Positions 50,490 to 62,600 of a stretch of DNA of 64,000 nucleotides are shown here, piece by piece. Below the pieces are notes generated by a model. It had not been told where the DNA came from and searched no databases. It saw nothing but the letters and a program-made list of their open reading frames with translations. Source of the stretch: Dipteris shenzhenensis (Eukaryota); assembly GCA_047967505.1 (NCBI GenBank), contig CM106538.1. One strand, written 5' to 3'. Each line of letters opens with the position of its first letter. The first letter of the stretch is position 1. Position numbers and translations under genes: made by a program.

Positions 50490-52908
50490 ATGATGTACCT
50501 ACAAGAAAAGGAGGCCAAGATGGAGGAGATAGCCATTCGTGCAAAATTGGAGCAGCAGTTGCAGAATGAAATTGAGGAGCATTCAAAGAGTAAAAAAGAG
50601 TTGACAAGAGCAAGAAAGAAGAGAACCGTGCTTGGAGACAGACAACGTAGCAGGAAGATTAAAAACATTGCAAATTTGAAAGCTGGGACTGGTGGATGCA
50701 AGCGACGAATTCAGGAAGCAAGGTTAGATTGAAATTTATCATTTTGTATACTCAAAAAGGCTCTCTTCCAGACTATATCTATTTCATTGATTGTCGCAAA
50801 ATAAGAATGGAGGTGCTGAATAATATAGTCATATTGTGTTGTTATTACAGGAAATTATTGGAGCCTGCAAAAGAAAATATGGACCCGAACCTTCTTCCTG
50901 TTAAACAAATGAAAGGATTGCTTTCTTGCGGTGTAGCAAAAGGTTTGATTGAGGAAAAAAAATACAAAACAGTCAAACGCAATGTTGTAGAGGACTTTGT
51001 ATCCAATAATCAAGTTGATGGCACTATAATCCAAGAGGCTCTTGATGTTAGTGGAGTTAGCAGGAAGGGATATAGTTCGATTTTCCATGCGATATCCTCA
51101 ACTTTGAAAGATCAAAGGATTAAACGAGTTTTACTGCCAAATCCAGCAACCGTGTGGAGGATAAGAGGTCATTTGAATGAAAGTATAGATGAATTTATTA
51201 GCCAATATATCCATATTGAAGAAATATTTCATGGTGTTAAAGGAACCACTGTGTATGATCCTTGGAACAATATATTTTTAGATCTGCAACAACTTCAAAA
51301 AAGAATGGTCGAGTTTTATAGAATAACATTTGAGGAGTGCAAAGGCATTTTGAAATTTGTTATCAAACTGGATGAGTGTGAGGTTGTAAAGGAAAAGAAA
51401 ATGGAAAGAGTTACCATTACATTGATGAATGGAGCGATTGATACATCATTGACTGAAGCGAGTTCGAAGTATTTTAGTGTGCAGTCAGAGAAACACATAT
51501 GGTGGTTAGGCTCGTTCCAGGTATGATCATGGGTTGTTTTATACTTGATTTTGGTCATTGTTTTCAAATCTGATATAGTAATACTTTTGTTTTCTATAAT
51601 CTCGCAGGTGAAGACCGAAGACCATGAAACACTAGATTGGGTGTTTCACCACACGGAAATACCAACAATAATCAAAAGACAAGTGCAAGGCGAGAATCTC
51701 CATGTTGCAGGAAAAGGTGATTTTCAAGTAGAGTGGCACATGGCCGGGGATCTTAAAACACTTAAGTGCGTGTATAACATTAGTAAAGGAGGCAACTCAA
51801 AGTCTCCTTGTCTTTACTGCAAAGAATCAGCTCAAGTAATGGATTCAAAATGGTGGAAGAGAGCACCTAATAGAGATAAAATTGACCCTGACTTCAAGGC
51901 CATTCTGGACATTCCACTATGTAATGTTCACATCTGCACATTGCATGGTCTATGTCGAATTATTGAGAAATTGGTATTTTTATATATTGGATTTGCTTGG
52001 AAACTCCGTTCCGAAAAAAATAGAAAGGATGCTCTTCAAGCATTGGAAAAAGTGTTATCTGATATAGGTCTGCATGGAGGAGATGTTCAAATTACAAAGG
52101 ATTTTAAAAAGTCTACCAATGGCAAGGAGGTACCAATCAATCCCTCTATTGGTGGTGTTAAGGCAAGAAGATTCTTGTCTCGACCCAAACACAGTAAGCA
52201 AGTAAGGCAAGGTAGAGCAGTTTCAAAGATTAATTATGGATTGTGGAAGCAAGTCCATAATGCTGTGAAAGATCATGAGGCAGATGGGGAAGCACGAAAT
52301 AGGAAGGCAGAGGTGTGGAGGTCTCTTGATCAACTCTTCATGTTCTGTGACAAAGTAACATGGACAAAGAGTGATTACAAGAACTTTGAGGAGGCAATTA
52401 AACATTTTGGAAAGTCAATGAAAGACGCGTGGACAACCTGCAATATAACTCACTACATGGTAAGGTTATGTCTTTTTCTTTTACTTAAGTGTGATCTTCT
52501 TTTTTTTTATTACTTACTATGCATTCTTATGTCTTACAGCATATCATATACAACCACCTTCCCTATTTTGTCAAAAAGTATGGATGCCCAGCTATTTGGT
52601 CTACCCAAGGCATGGAGAAGTCTCACTACATGGCACGTAATGCATTTTTTAGACACACACAACACTATGGAGGGAGTTAGAAGGCGAATAGTCTGAAGGA
52701 AGTCTTCCAATGGTTTTACTGAGGCATACTACAGAGGCTGCATGCTAAAAGAAAAGTTGCTAGCTCCAAAATCAAGCTTGCTTTTCTTCTAGCCCAAAAG
52801 CAAAGACGAAGACAAGCTCTAGACAATTCAATTGCAACAGAGAGACATAGACAATAGAGGGAATCGAAGATATTTAGAAACCATAAATGGACAAGTAAAC
52901 ATGAATAG
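50490..52908 (+). pseudogene. RAG1-core/Transib-like DDE transposase (introns 50723-50850, 51521-51607, 52460-52539)
   Basis: KFVIKLD, QSEK..EDHETL, AGDLK, CLYC, CTLH, IGGVKARRFL, ITHYMHIIYNH, WSTQGMEKSH occur in RAG1-core order. Core frame is open; in-frame stops only after the catalytic Glu; a decayed N-terminus probably extends to about 50085. Confidence 0.87.
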
Positions 52909-53231
52909 GACTCATTTGTAACTTATTGGTGTTATGTCCACATGTTTTCAAACTCATTCAATAGAAATTTTTTTAGTGGAACAAGTGACTCTTGGTGTTA
53001 TGCATGAAAAAAATTTCAATGTGAAACATATGATCTAAACTTAATACAATTTGTTTACAATTTCAATATATTGTTCATTTAATATTTAACGACACCACTC
53101 TATGTAAATGTACAAATCATTTCATCATCAACTTATTAATCATTTATACAAGATCATACCAGATATCAAAGACTTTATACAAATCAGTTCAAATTTAATA
53201 TAATGTTTGTGCTATATTCGATGACTAAATC

Positions 53232-53938
53232 CTATTTCTCCCAGGGCCTGCCGATCGGAACTCTCTTTTTGATCTTGATTGGAGTCTTTTTCTTCTTTAT
53301 TGGCTTGATGTCGACTGTCTCTTTATCCTTTTCTTCAGCTCTCTCCACCTGTTCCTCTTCTTGGACTGTGTGGCCTGATGCAATCATGGGTGGCTCTCGA
53401 AACCTTACGAGCTGGTGTTTTCCATAGCCCTCCAGATATTTGGGGTCCTTAACACCACATGCTAATGCATAAGAAGTGTAAGACAAAAAGTAAGCGGCCC
53501 TAGAGGCCTGCTTATTCACATAATCTCCAAATATATCTATGGCAGACAACCTCTCTATCAAAATGATCTTTTCCTTTTGCCATGAAAGAGCATGTCCACC
53601 TAAAGCCCTGGACAAACATTTTAGGAAGTAAACAATGGCTTCTCCATTGTTGCTCAACTGCCTATGGTAAATCAAGATCTTGGCACTGCCTAGATCATGA
53701 ATATAATGAGCTAGGCCTGACATTTTGCGAAACCCAACCTGCCTGCTTCCACTTGATCTCTGGAGGAATGTGTCATCCTCAATTTGTAGCTGCAACATAT
53801 CAAAGGATTGGAGTGAGACAATACACAACCTACAAAACTAAAGTTAAGCAGAAGTCAAAGTATATGATTTGAAGTACCTTCTCATTTTCATCAGCAACAA
53901 GCAGTTCATCTTTCCAAAGATTTATCCCTCTCCCTTCT
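53232..53938 (-). CDS. 3' part of the partner gene of element B (unknown function; intron 53790-53877)
   Basis: EGRGINLWKDELLVADENEK|LQIEDDTF...LAHYIHDL...KIILIERLSAIDIF...ALACGVKD, basic tail KPIKKKKTPIKIKKR; 5' part lost at the 53938 junction. Confidence 0.72.
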
Positions 53939-55307
53939 TCCTTTCCTAGACCATTCAAGGTCACAGAAACTAAATCGTCATCATCCACTGGCGACCCAAT
54001 GGAAGCAAGTGCATCTGCAATTTTCTTCACCTTCATGTGGTAGTCATTGATGTTCATATTTTCTCTCTGCACATTGTGTAGCTCTTGCTTGAGCTGCATT
54101 TTCCTGGCTTGTGTATTTGTGCTGTACATTTTTACCAAAGTATCCCATGCCTCCTTTGGCGTACGTGCATCCTGAATATGCACAACCATGGAGTCCGAAA
54201 TACTGATAGACAGCCAGTACATAACTTTCCTGGCTCTCTCATGCCATCCTTTGAATGCCTGCATTTCCTGTTGATTGGGAACATTAGGAAGAACAGGTTC
54301 TTCTTCATTTCCTGTAATGAACTCCCAATAGCCTTTTCCCATCAAGAAATTCGTCATTCTAAACTTCCATGCCTAGAAGTTGTTCTTGTCAAGCTTTTCA
54401 GTGACAATCTATGAAAGAGAATCAGATGCCATTACAAAACACTGCAAAATATTCTGTCACTGCAAAAAACACAGCTTTTGCCTCACACGGGCAGATCTGC
54501 AAAACTGATGAAAGTGGTATTTCACCACACAGTCACTTCCTAGTGACGATTTTGCATCAACAGGCAACAAGCATGAATCTGCAACTCCCAATGTCTCTGC
54601 GCACATGCATACGATGCAATTTCTGTGGCAACTTTTCACCGACCCGCAGAACAGTGGTCGCACAACAAAAACAGGGCCTTTTTCTGAGTGCCTGCGGAGA
54701 ACTTTCGCCTCTAAAATGGGCCCCGAAATGACCTCGAATCAGAAAAATAAAGTCCCACAGCATATAATGCCCTCTCGCCACACCACGAAGGGCGTCTCAA
54801 TCTGAGACAGTGCACTCTTGCACTTCCGGCTATGCTACCTGCAGAGATTTTCTCCCAAACTCGAAAACGGAAAGCAACACTGGTCCTCTTACTAGGACAC
54901 TACGAACTTGGTTTGCTTTCTTGAGCTCCTTACCACGAACAAGGCTTTGATACCATGTGAAGATAGTGGGAGAGAGGGAAGGAGTCTCACTTGAGGCTTT
55001 CCCACAAGCACAGTGGGGGAATACACACAAAGGTGGAGGCTGAAAACAGTTTTCCTCTTCTTAGTTGTGAAAGCCAAAAGAACTCTAGTACAAAGAAATA
55101 GAAGAACCCTATATGTGGGTCTCAAACCAAACTCAACTAACTAAGGTGGCATACTAACTGAGCCACGAACTAGCGTAGATAAGGATAGCTGTCATCCAGC
55201 TATTATTCGTGGGCGGTGTACCAACCGCATCTGTAGCTAACAAGTCGGTGACATAAATGCACAACGGTCACACTGGCATATCGCAAATGGAGCTCGATAT
55301 CTCAACA
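53939..55307 (-). mobile_element. Copia family 1 5' end: LTR (54956-55307), PBS, leader and gag N-terminus
   Basis: LTR matches 13296-13648; PBS TGGTATCAAAGCCT (54955-54942); gag runs to ...SVTLNGLGK and breaks. Confidence 0.95.
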
Positions 55308-55327
55308 GAGGGGGAGGGGGAGAGCGA

Positions 55328-55409
55328 GGATCCAAGGTTCAGGGTAGAGTACATGGTGGAGAACTCGTCTCCCTTGTAGATCATGGAGGTTAAGGGTTGA
55401 GGAACTAAG
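55328..55409 (-). repeat. 82-bp repeat, inverted copy of 62376-62457
   Basis: Ungapped match with 8 mismatches by eye. Confidence 0.9.
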
Positions 55410-55807
55410 GGTTTAGGGGGAGCATAGGAGTGGGAGAGGAAGAAGGTGTAAGAGCATGGGGGAAAGAAGAGAGAGGAGGGAGGAGGAGAAGGGAGGAGGA
55501 GGAGGAGGGAGGGGGAGGAGGAGGAGAAGGGAGGAGGAGGAGGGAGGAGGAGGAGGAGGAGAAGGGAGGAGAGGGAGAGGATGGGTTGCAAGGTTGGAGG
55601 AGAGAGGAGGAGGAGTTGCAAGGTTAGGACATTATTTTGGACATGGAGTGCAAGGAAGCATGGATACTTGAGACAATTGCTTGGAATACCAAAGTAGAAC
55701 CCAACACAATGCTCCAAAGAGCATGGGCTTCATTCCATTATGGGGTATTTATACAAGTTGGAGAGTTTCTCTCTTTGCATGTAGGAATTGTAAGACATTC
55801 TCTCTCT

Positions 55808-55965
55808 ACATGTAGAACTTGCATATAGAAGTTGCATGTAGGAGTTGCAAGTTGCATGTAGGAGTTGCATGTAGAACTCGCATGTAGAACATGCATGTAG
55901 GAGTTGCATGTTGCATGTTGCATGTAGGAATCGTATGTAGAACTTGCATGTAGAACATGCAAGTT
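55808..55965. repeat. Degenerate tandem repeat (GTTGCATGTAGGA / CTTGCATGTAGAA units)
   Basis: Directly visible 7-13-bp units; a GGA-rich low-complexity tract lies upstream at about 55430-55615. Confidence 0.85.
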
Positions 55966-56181
55966 GGATTTCTAAGAGGGATTATTCCTAGCCTTACAAG
56001 CGAAGCTTTGCCGCTATCCTACACACACATTTTGTACTACCTGAGTCAATGTTGGCACAGTGACAACATACTCCCGGGATCCATTTGATTACCTGTCCTT
56101 GGGTTATGGATTATTTTGATTTCAGGGTTGGGATGCCATGTGCGTAACCCAGTGGTTGTTGAGCTTGTGGCATCGCTTCAA

Positions 56182-56420
56182 TCAGCTCCCGTTTATTGTT
56201 GTGTTGAATTGGACTCCATCCAATGTTTCTAATAGCACAGCTCCGATGGGATTCATCTTTCTTACTCGGTAGGGTCCTTGACCTAGATACTTCAGTTTCC
56301 CCTTGTGTACGTTGGCATTGTATAACAGGACCAAGTCACCTTCCTTGATGTCTTTAGCTTGAATATTTCTATCAAACCATGCCTTTCTTCTATGGTTTTC
56401 TATTGTCATGGCATGGTAGT
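56182..56420 (-). pseudogene. Gypsy (Athila/Tat-like) integrase C-terminal GPY/F fragment
   Basis: IKEGDLVLLYN...KLKYLGQGPYRV...GAVLLETLDG...INGS. Confidence 0.75.
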
Positions 56421-56559
56421 GATATTTTTTATTTGGCATTGGTATTGTTTTTCTCTATGTTTGATAAGAGTTTGAGTATTAGGTGATAACCTAGCGGCTC
56501 TCACTTATTTCTATTTTTAAAGATATTATATGTAGTTGAGAGGATGAGTGGAATGGATC

Positions 56560-59500
56560 ATTGTAAGTACCATGTGTATGAATGATAAATACCTTGGTAT
56601 GGGGTGAGAGTTATTTGTGTATGGGATATTATGGGGTTTTTAGAAAATAGGAAGAGTGAGTCATATAAAGAGGTGGGGTCATGTCCATGTGTTCCAATAA
56701 TATAAGAGAGGCCACATGCCAAGCATGTGGAAGGCATGTGGAGGAGTGTGGAGTCAAGAGGAATCCTTCTAGAATTCCTATGTGGAATAAGGAGGATGTG
56801 GACATATGGAAAAGAGAGGGTCCCTATGGGCTCCATGTGGGGAGACTCTTGGCTTTCTCAATATTTTAAAAGTCTTGAGCATCTTTTGATGGGACACATG
56901 GCAAGAGTAGCCAAAAAGGACATGGATGGTGACATACGGGCTTATGTGATTGATGGGGAAACGAATCAATAGGCAGTAATTGTAAATGGGTGAAGGAGGG
57001 TGACAAAATCTCTATAAAAGGAGCCCTCCTCTTCCTTGTTCATCATCTCTTCCATTAGGCCTCATGTTGCTGTAGCTCTAGTTTCCTCAAGCCTCTTCCA
57101 TGAGCCTTCTCTCCCTCTTGTAGATATTCTCTTATGTAGACTCTTGAGTCCATCTCTCTCTAATTTATTCTCTCTTTATGAGTAGTCTTGGAGCTTCTGC
57201 TCCCTCTTGGAGTTGCACTGGAGTGGACTCTCACTTTATTGGTAATGAAGGTCACTTCAGGTTCTCTCTCTTGAGTGTCTCTTTCCTTTTTCTAATGTTT
57301 TCTCTTCCAAAGTGCTCAGAAGTGTTGTCTATTCGGCTACTCATTGGACGTACATGGTTTATCTATTCCCAAGCCATAAAGGGGGCTCTTCCTTCCCTCT
57401 TAGGTGACCTCTGTGGGACTTGGATCGTTGATGAAGTCTAAGCATGGAGGCAGTATTCTCCTAAGTTGACACCAGTAGGAGGAGTAGGTGTTTTTCATGA
57501 CAATTTGAGCCCCTATTAGTATTTTTCTCATAACTTTTTGCTCGATGGTCTGATTTGGACAAAAATATATCATCCCAAAGCTCTCTTTAAGGAGCATCAT
57601 CCTATAACTTCACTTATTATATTAGATGTCAAATAAAAAATCTATGACCCTCTATGTGTGATTGTTTCTTTTTTAGATAGTTTTTACCCCCATCCAGTAA
57701 ACTGCCATCTTTCCAACCGCTCTCTGTTTCTTTCAAAACTTGATATGTGATTGAATATTTATATCATGTCTTTGTTGAAAGTTATGGGTCTCTGTGTCTT
57801 ATGACAGTTTGGAGAGTGTTTTGAGCTAAGTGTACACGTGTCTATGAAGGAGGTGCAATGTTTCCTTGGAAGCTACCCATACGACCCAATCAGCCTCTTC
57901 AAACTCCTCGATATATATCAGTTCATATCATGTTGAGTCACAAGATCTTCTTTCAACAACGAATCACTCTTCTCTTTGGTGCAGACTGCGGCTTGCTAAG
58001 ATTATGGCCTCCATTGATCCTTTCCTTCTCCCTATGCTTAATTACAACATCACTTGGGATGTTACCATCTTCATTTTCATCTAAGGGAGGAAAGTATGGT
58101 GTATTCTCTTGGTATAAAAGATTCTTTTTAATGTCCCTTTCTTGGTGATGAATATCTCTATCACTCAGTTCGAAAGCAGTAGGAAGTGAAGAGGTGCATG
58201 AAGTTTATTACCCCCAACTTCATGTCACATGTTTTTGGCGGAGATGCCGGGTACATTTGGTATTGGATTCATCCCACCTTACTAAATGGTCTTGGGTGTA
58301 CTTGATTGCATGTTATGCCTAGTATAGGCATGTGTTTTCTGATGTAATAAAGAAGATGCATGGAAGAACTATGTTAGAAGAGATTGTAGCCCGTTTAAGA
58401 GAACTAGAAGATTGTGACGGTGATTTTCAAGCTATTTGTATGGTCATCATGATCATATCCTTTATGTTTGCACTCTTGAATATGTTGGTGAATCGACAAT
58501 GCCATTAGCAGAGGCACAATGATAGATTGGGGATTGTTTCATGCACTGGTAGCTTGGTGTGAAGAAGAGTTGAGTCTTTGGGTAGTTTTTGACTATAACA
58601 ATGGAGTGGTGATTCTCAATGCTTTCAACTTCTTTTGCTATGCAAATGATGAAGAGTATAACATCTTGAAGCTGTTATGTGCAATTCCAATTGTGAGAAG
58701 GGTGATTCTTGAATGCATGTATACACAATGTTTTCATGGTGTCAGTTGGTCACTTATTTTTGAAGATTTTATTGAGGATCACATTGTGGAGGGTTTTCAA
58801 AAAGTGGTTATGCATAATAAGTTGGTCTTGGTATACTAAGGCTCTGTGGAATCTTGTTTGGGATATTATTTGGATCTTGGTGTTTCCTTTTTGTGTTTCA
58901 TCATGGTGAAGATTCCAGTGTTTCGAGGGAGCCAAGGGGAAGACCCGGAGTCTTATCTTTGGGATTTTATTCGTGGATGCCAGCTTTTTGGATGGTCCAT
59001 GAAGGATCGGGCAAAGATTTTGCCTGATTTTCTTGAAGGTGTAGCCTTGAGTTAGAATGAGGCCTTGTTGGACTCTATCAAGGAGGACTGGGACCAAAAG
59101 TGGTGGCTGCAATGAAGCAGCGATTTGGGGCAGTGGAGTCGCCAAATGCTTTGATGTTGCTGTTGGACCGGTTCTATCAAGGAGAGGGTGAGATGGTCCT
59201 TGCATTGGCAATCCGATATGAAACTTTATGGACAAAGTATAAAAGGGCAGCCTTGCAAGATGTGGCATCTGTATCATTGGCCCCTTAAAGTCTCGTAGGG
59301 ATGGAGCACTTAAAGATGAGCAAATTTGTTATGGCTATGGAGCCTTGTCTTCGCTCAAAAGTAATGAGTAAAGATCCAACAACATATGTGCAGGCACTTG
59401 GCATTGCGACCAAGAAAGAAGCTTCAACTTCTAAGGTGGAGGTAATGCGCACTCCTCAGGTACCAAAGTCCTTTGAGTTAGATCATAATATCTCCCAATT

Positions 59501-61660
59501 GATGGTAGAGTTTGCTGATTTGAAATTGCATTTGGTTAATGCACGACAACCTAGAGTGCCAAAGAGTGAGGATAGGCCTCAAGATAAGAGTGGGGTCACT
59601 TGATATGAATGTAATGAAAAAGGTCACTATCGCCCTAAGTGTCTTAGATTGAGAAAGAAAGAAGAAAAATAAGTATCCTTGTTAGAAGCTTCTCCAGGGG
59701 ATGAGGAAAGAGAGGTAATGATGGCAAAATGGGTGCGTGGTAAAGCAAAAGAAGAAGAAGAAAGCAAGGAAGAAGTAGATGAGGAACATCAAGAAGAGGA
59801 ACACTGTAGTAAGAAAAAGAAGGCATCTAGAAGGAGAATTAGCGAGTCAGACTTTCCTTTAGGACAAGGCATTGGAAGCTATGACTTGTTGTCCAACCTT
59901 AAAGAAAAGGAAGCTCATATCACCTCTAGTCAATTACTTGCTTTGTCTCCGAAACTATGGAAGGAATGGGGAAAGCTAGCAAGCACAAGAGTGTCAAAGA
60001 AGAAAAGTGCCATTCCTGTTGTTCAAAAGGTAGATATAGATATTGGTGATGATGTACCTGTGGTTGATGTAATCATTGATGGTCAAGTGATTTCTAATGT
60101 GTACATTGATGGAGGTGCATCGATTAATGTCATGAGTGAGAAGACCATGATAGATGCTGATTTAAAATACTCTAGTACTACCTCTCCTTATCGCATCAAA
60201 TTGGCTGACAACACTAGGGAGTGAAGGCCTTCCAAGCCAGATGCACGTGCCTATCCATTGATTTTGGGACACAAGGTGAAGGCTATTCAAAAGTGGGATA
60301 CTGGAGAATTGATTTTGCAGGGAAATGATAAGAAGGTGCACTACAACATTAAAAGTCACAAAAAGGAAGTCAAGGAGGAGTCTTCAACATCAGAGAGTTC
60401 AAGCTCTGACTTAACCGATGAAGAAGAAGAGACAGGGTCTAGCTCCAAGGAGTCCAGCTCAGAGGGTGAGGTGGAAGGAGTGGCCTTTGGTCTTTGTATT
60501 GGTGTTGATCGGGATGAGTCAGGAGGGAATAAGGTGGTGGTACAAGAAGATTCTATAGAGACACTTTATGTGGAGGATGTGGAGCACACTAAATGATGCC
60601 AATGCAATGGAGAACTTCTTGGTGATTCTCTATCAGGTAATGAGAAGGTCCAGTACTTGGATATGTTAGATGATTTTCCATGTCTCTTTGCAACAAGCTA
60701 TTCATAGGTTCCACCAATCTCTCTTGTGGAGCACAAGATTGAGTTGAAGCTAGAAAGCAAGCCAGTTGTGCGACGCTTAAGGCAATTGGGGGTGATCCAA
60801 GCCGAGGCACTAAAGAAAGAGGTAACACAACTACTTGAGGCGGGTTTCATCTTTCTTGTTGATGATTCAGAATGGATATCTCTTGTAGTTGTCACACCAA
60901 AGAAAGGGAATAAGTGGCGGGTCTGTGTGGACTTTTGTCCTTTGAATGCATGCACTAAGAGGGATCATTTTCCTTTGCCATTCCAAGATGAAATACTAGA
61001 CCAAGTAGCAGGGCATGAGATGTATTTTGTATGTGATGGGTATTCTGAGTACTTTCGAATTCGTATTTGGGAGGAAGATTGAAAGAAAACATCATTTGTC
61101 ACACCTTGGTGAGTTTTTGCTTACAGAGTGATGCCTTTTGGGTTGACCAATGCACCAGCTACATTTCAAAGGTTCATGAGTCAAGTGCTCGAGCCTTACT
61201 TGGAAAAGTTCATAAGGGTGGCTTTGGATGATTTTTGCATTTATTCTCGGCGCATAGATCACATGGAGAAGTTAAATATGGCCTTAGCTAGGATTGATAA
61301 AGCAAAAGAATGTCTAAATCCTAGCAAGTGTCATTTGGCTCCAACAAAAGTAGCCTTGTTGGGGCATATTGTGTCTGAAGAAGGCATGCAAATGGATCCT
61401 GACAAGGTTCAAGCAATCATGGCATTGCCAAGTCTTGAGAGTGTCACTGTTGTTCGCAGAATTCTAAGAAAGAGCAAGTAGTATCAACGCTTTTGTGATG
61501 ATTTTATAGAGATAGTGCATCCCATGAACTTGTTGACAAGAAAAGGAGTTTCTTTCCAATGGGGTGTGGGGCAACAAGATTCTTTTTAGCAACTTAAGGA
61601 GGCCATGAGTAAGGGTCCAATATTGAAGCCCCCTAATTGGTCTCAAGACTTTTATGTAAA
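56560..61660 (+). mobile_element. Degenerate Athila-like Ty3/gypsy element (LTR-like region, PBS, gag, PR, RT; 3' truncated)
   Basis: PBS-like TTTTGGCGGAGATGCCGGG near 58233-58251; gag IPVFRGSQGEDP; protease [60 protein letters not shown]. Left boundary uncertain. Confidence 0.8.
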
Positions 61661-62073
61661 TTGAAGTGTATCTTTAGGCACACAGAGAGGGAGGAGACTC
61701 TCAAGATAGTAGAGAGTGAAAGACTTTTAAGACATATGATAAAAGCACGACACGATCTCTTAGACTTCTTAAGTAACCTGCGTTATCGCAGCTCTCATCA
61801 TGGGCGATTTGATGCGGATGCTGAGAGAACAATAAGAGCCTCTCAGAGAAATTATAAAGAAACAATTTGTGATTGCTTAAATTTCTTCTTTGCATGTAAT
61901 TATGTTGAGGATACAGCTGTGGAGGCAGTGAAAGATTGGGTTGTTGAGAAGATAAGAGAGACCAATGATGAGATCTTCTAGACTTTGGGTGATTAAGAAG
62001 ATAAGAGAGATTGTATTAAGGTGTTTTTTGGCACCATATGGCTTTGAGTTATATGATCTACTTCTTGTACAAA

Positions 62074-62263
62074 TGTGATGTGCTCTTTTTAAAATGTACT
62101 CTAGTTTTAATAACATGTCATGCCATTTTTTCTAATTTGATTTTTTAAAATCTTACTTTTTGTCTCTTTTAACAATGTGATGTCCTCTATTTTTAATGTA
62201 CTCTAGTTTTAATAACATCTCACGTCCTTTTTTCTAATTTGATTTTTTAAAATCTTCCTTTTT
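62074..62263. repeat. AT-rich ~100-bp direct repeat, 2 copies
   Basis: AATGTACTCTAGTTTTAATAACAT...TTTTTTCTAATTTGATTTTTTAAAATCTT occurs twice. Confidence 0.85.
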
Positions 62264-62375
62264 GACTCAATGTTTTGTTTTATAAGAGCCTCTTTTTTTT
62301 AAATGTTTTATCCAAAATTATCTCACAAAATGAATTTGGACAGTGCACGAGTCCAAAATTAATGAAATAGGTGTT

Positions 62376-62600
62376 CTTAGTTCCTGAACCCTTTACCTCC
62401 ATGAACTACGAGGGAGATGAGTTCTCCACTATGTACTCTACCCTAAACCTCGGATCCTTCTTCTAACCCTGGAACCTCTTCTAAACTTTGGAACCTCCTT
62501 CTAAACTCTGGAACCTCCTTCTAAACTCTAGAACCTCCTAATAAACCTTAGAACCTCCTTCTAAACCTTGAACCTCCCTCTAACCCTTAAACTCCTCCTC
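62376..62600 (+). repeat. 82-bp repeat (inverse of 55328-55409) followed by a 20-bp tandem array
   Basis: TCTAAACTCTGGAACCTCCT-like units from about 62461 to 62600. Confidence 0.85.

Larger units (their letters stand above)
49771..53938 (+). mobile_element. RAG1/Transib-like DNA transposon, element B (one end preserved)
   Basis: Sharp junction with copia integrase at CATTAGGG; contains a spliced DDE transposase (+) and a convergent partner gene (-). Confidence 0.8.

Noticed and set aside
53232-53938. Calling the convergent partner gene RAG2-like
   Set aside because: Only the orientation matches ProtoRAG; no kelch repeats or PHD Cys/His pattern are visible in either copy.
48005-54357. ORFs 48005-48325 and 53830-54357 as real genes
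   Set aside because: Both cross inversion junctions and join copia sequence to transposon gene fragments.
55268-55717. Pro/Leu/Ser-rich and Glu/Gly-rich ORFs
   Set aside because: These are translations of a GGA low-complexity tract next to an LTR end.
62461-62600. Interstitial telomeric repeat
   Set aside because: The units are about 20 bp and contain only isolated CTAAAC words, not tandem CCCTAAA.
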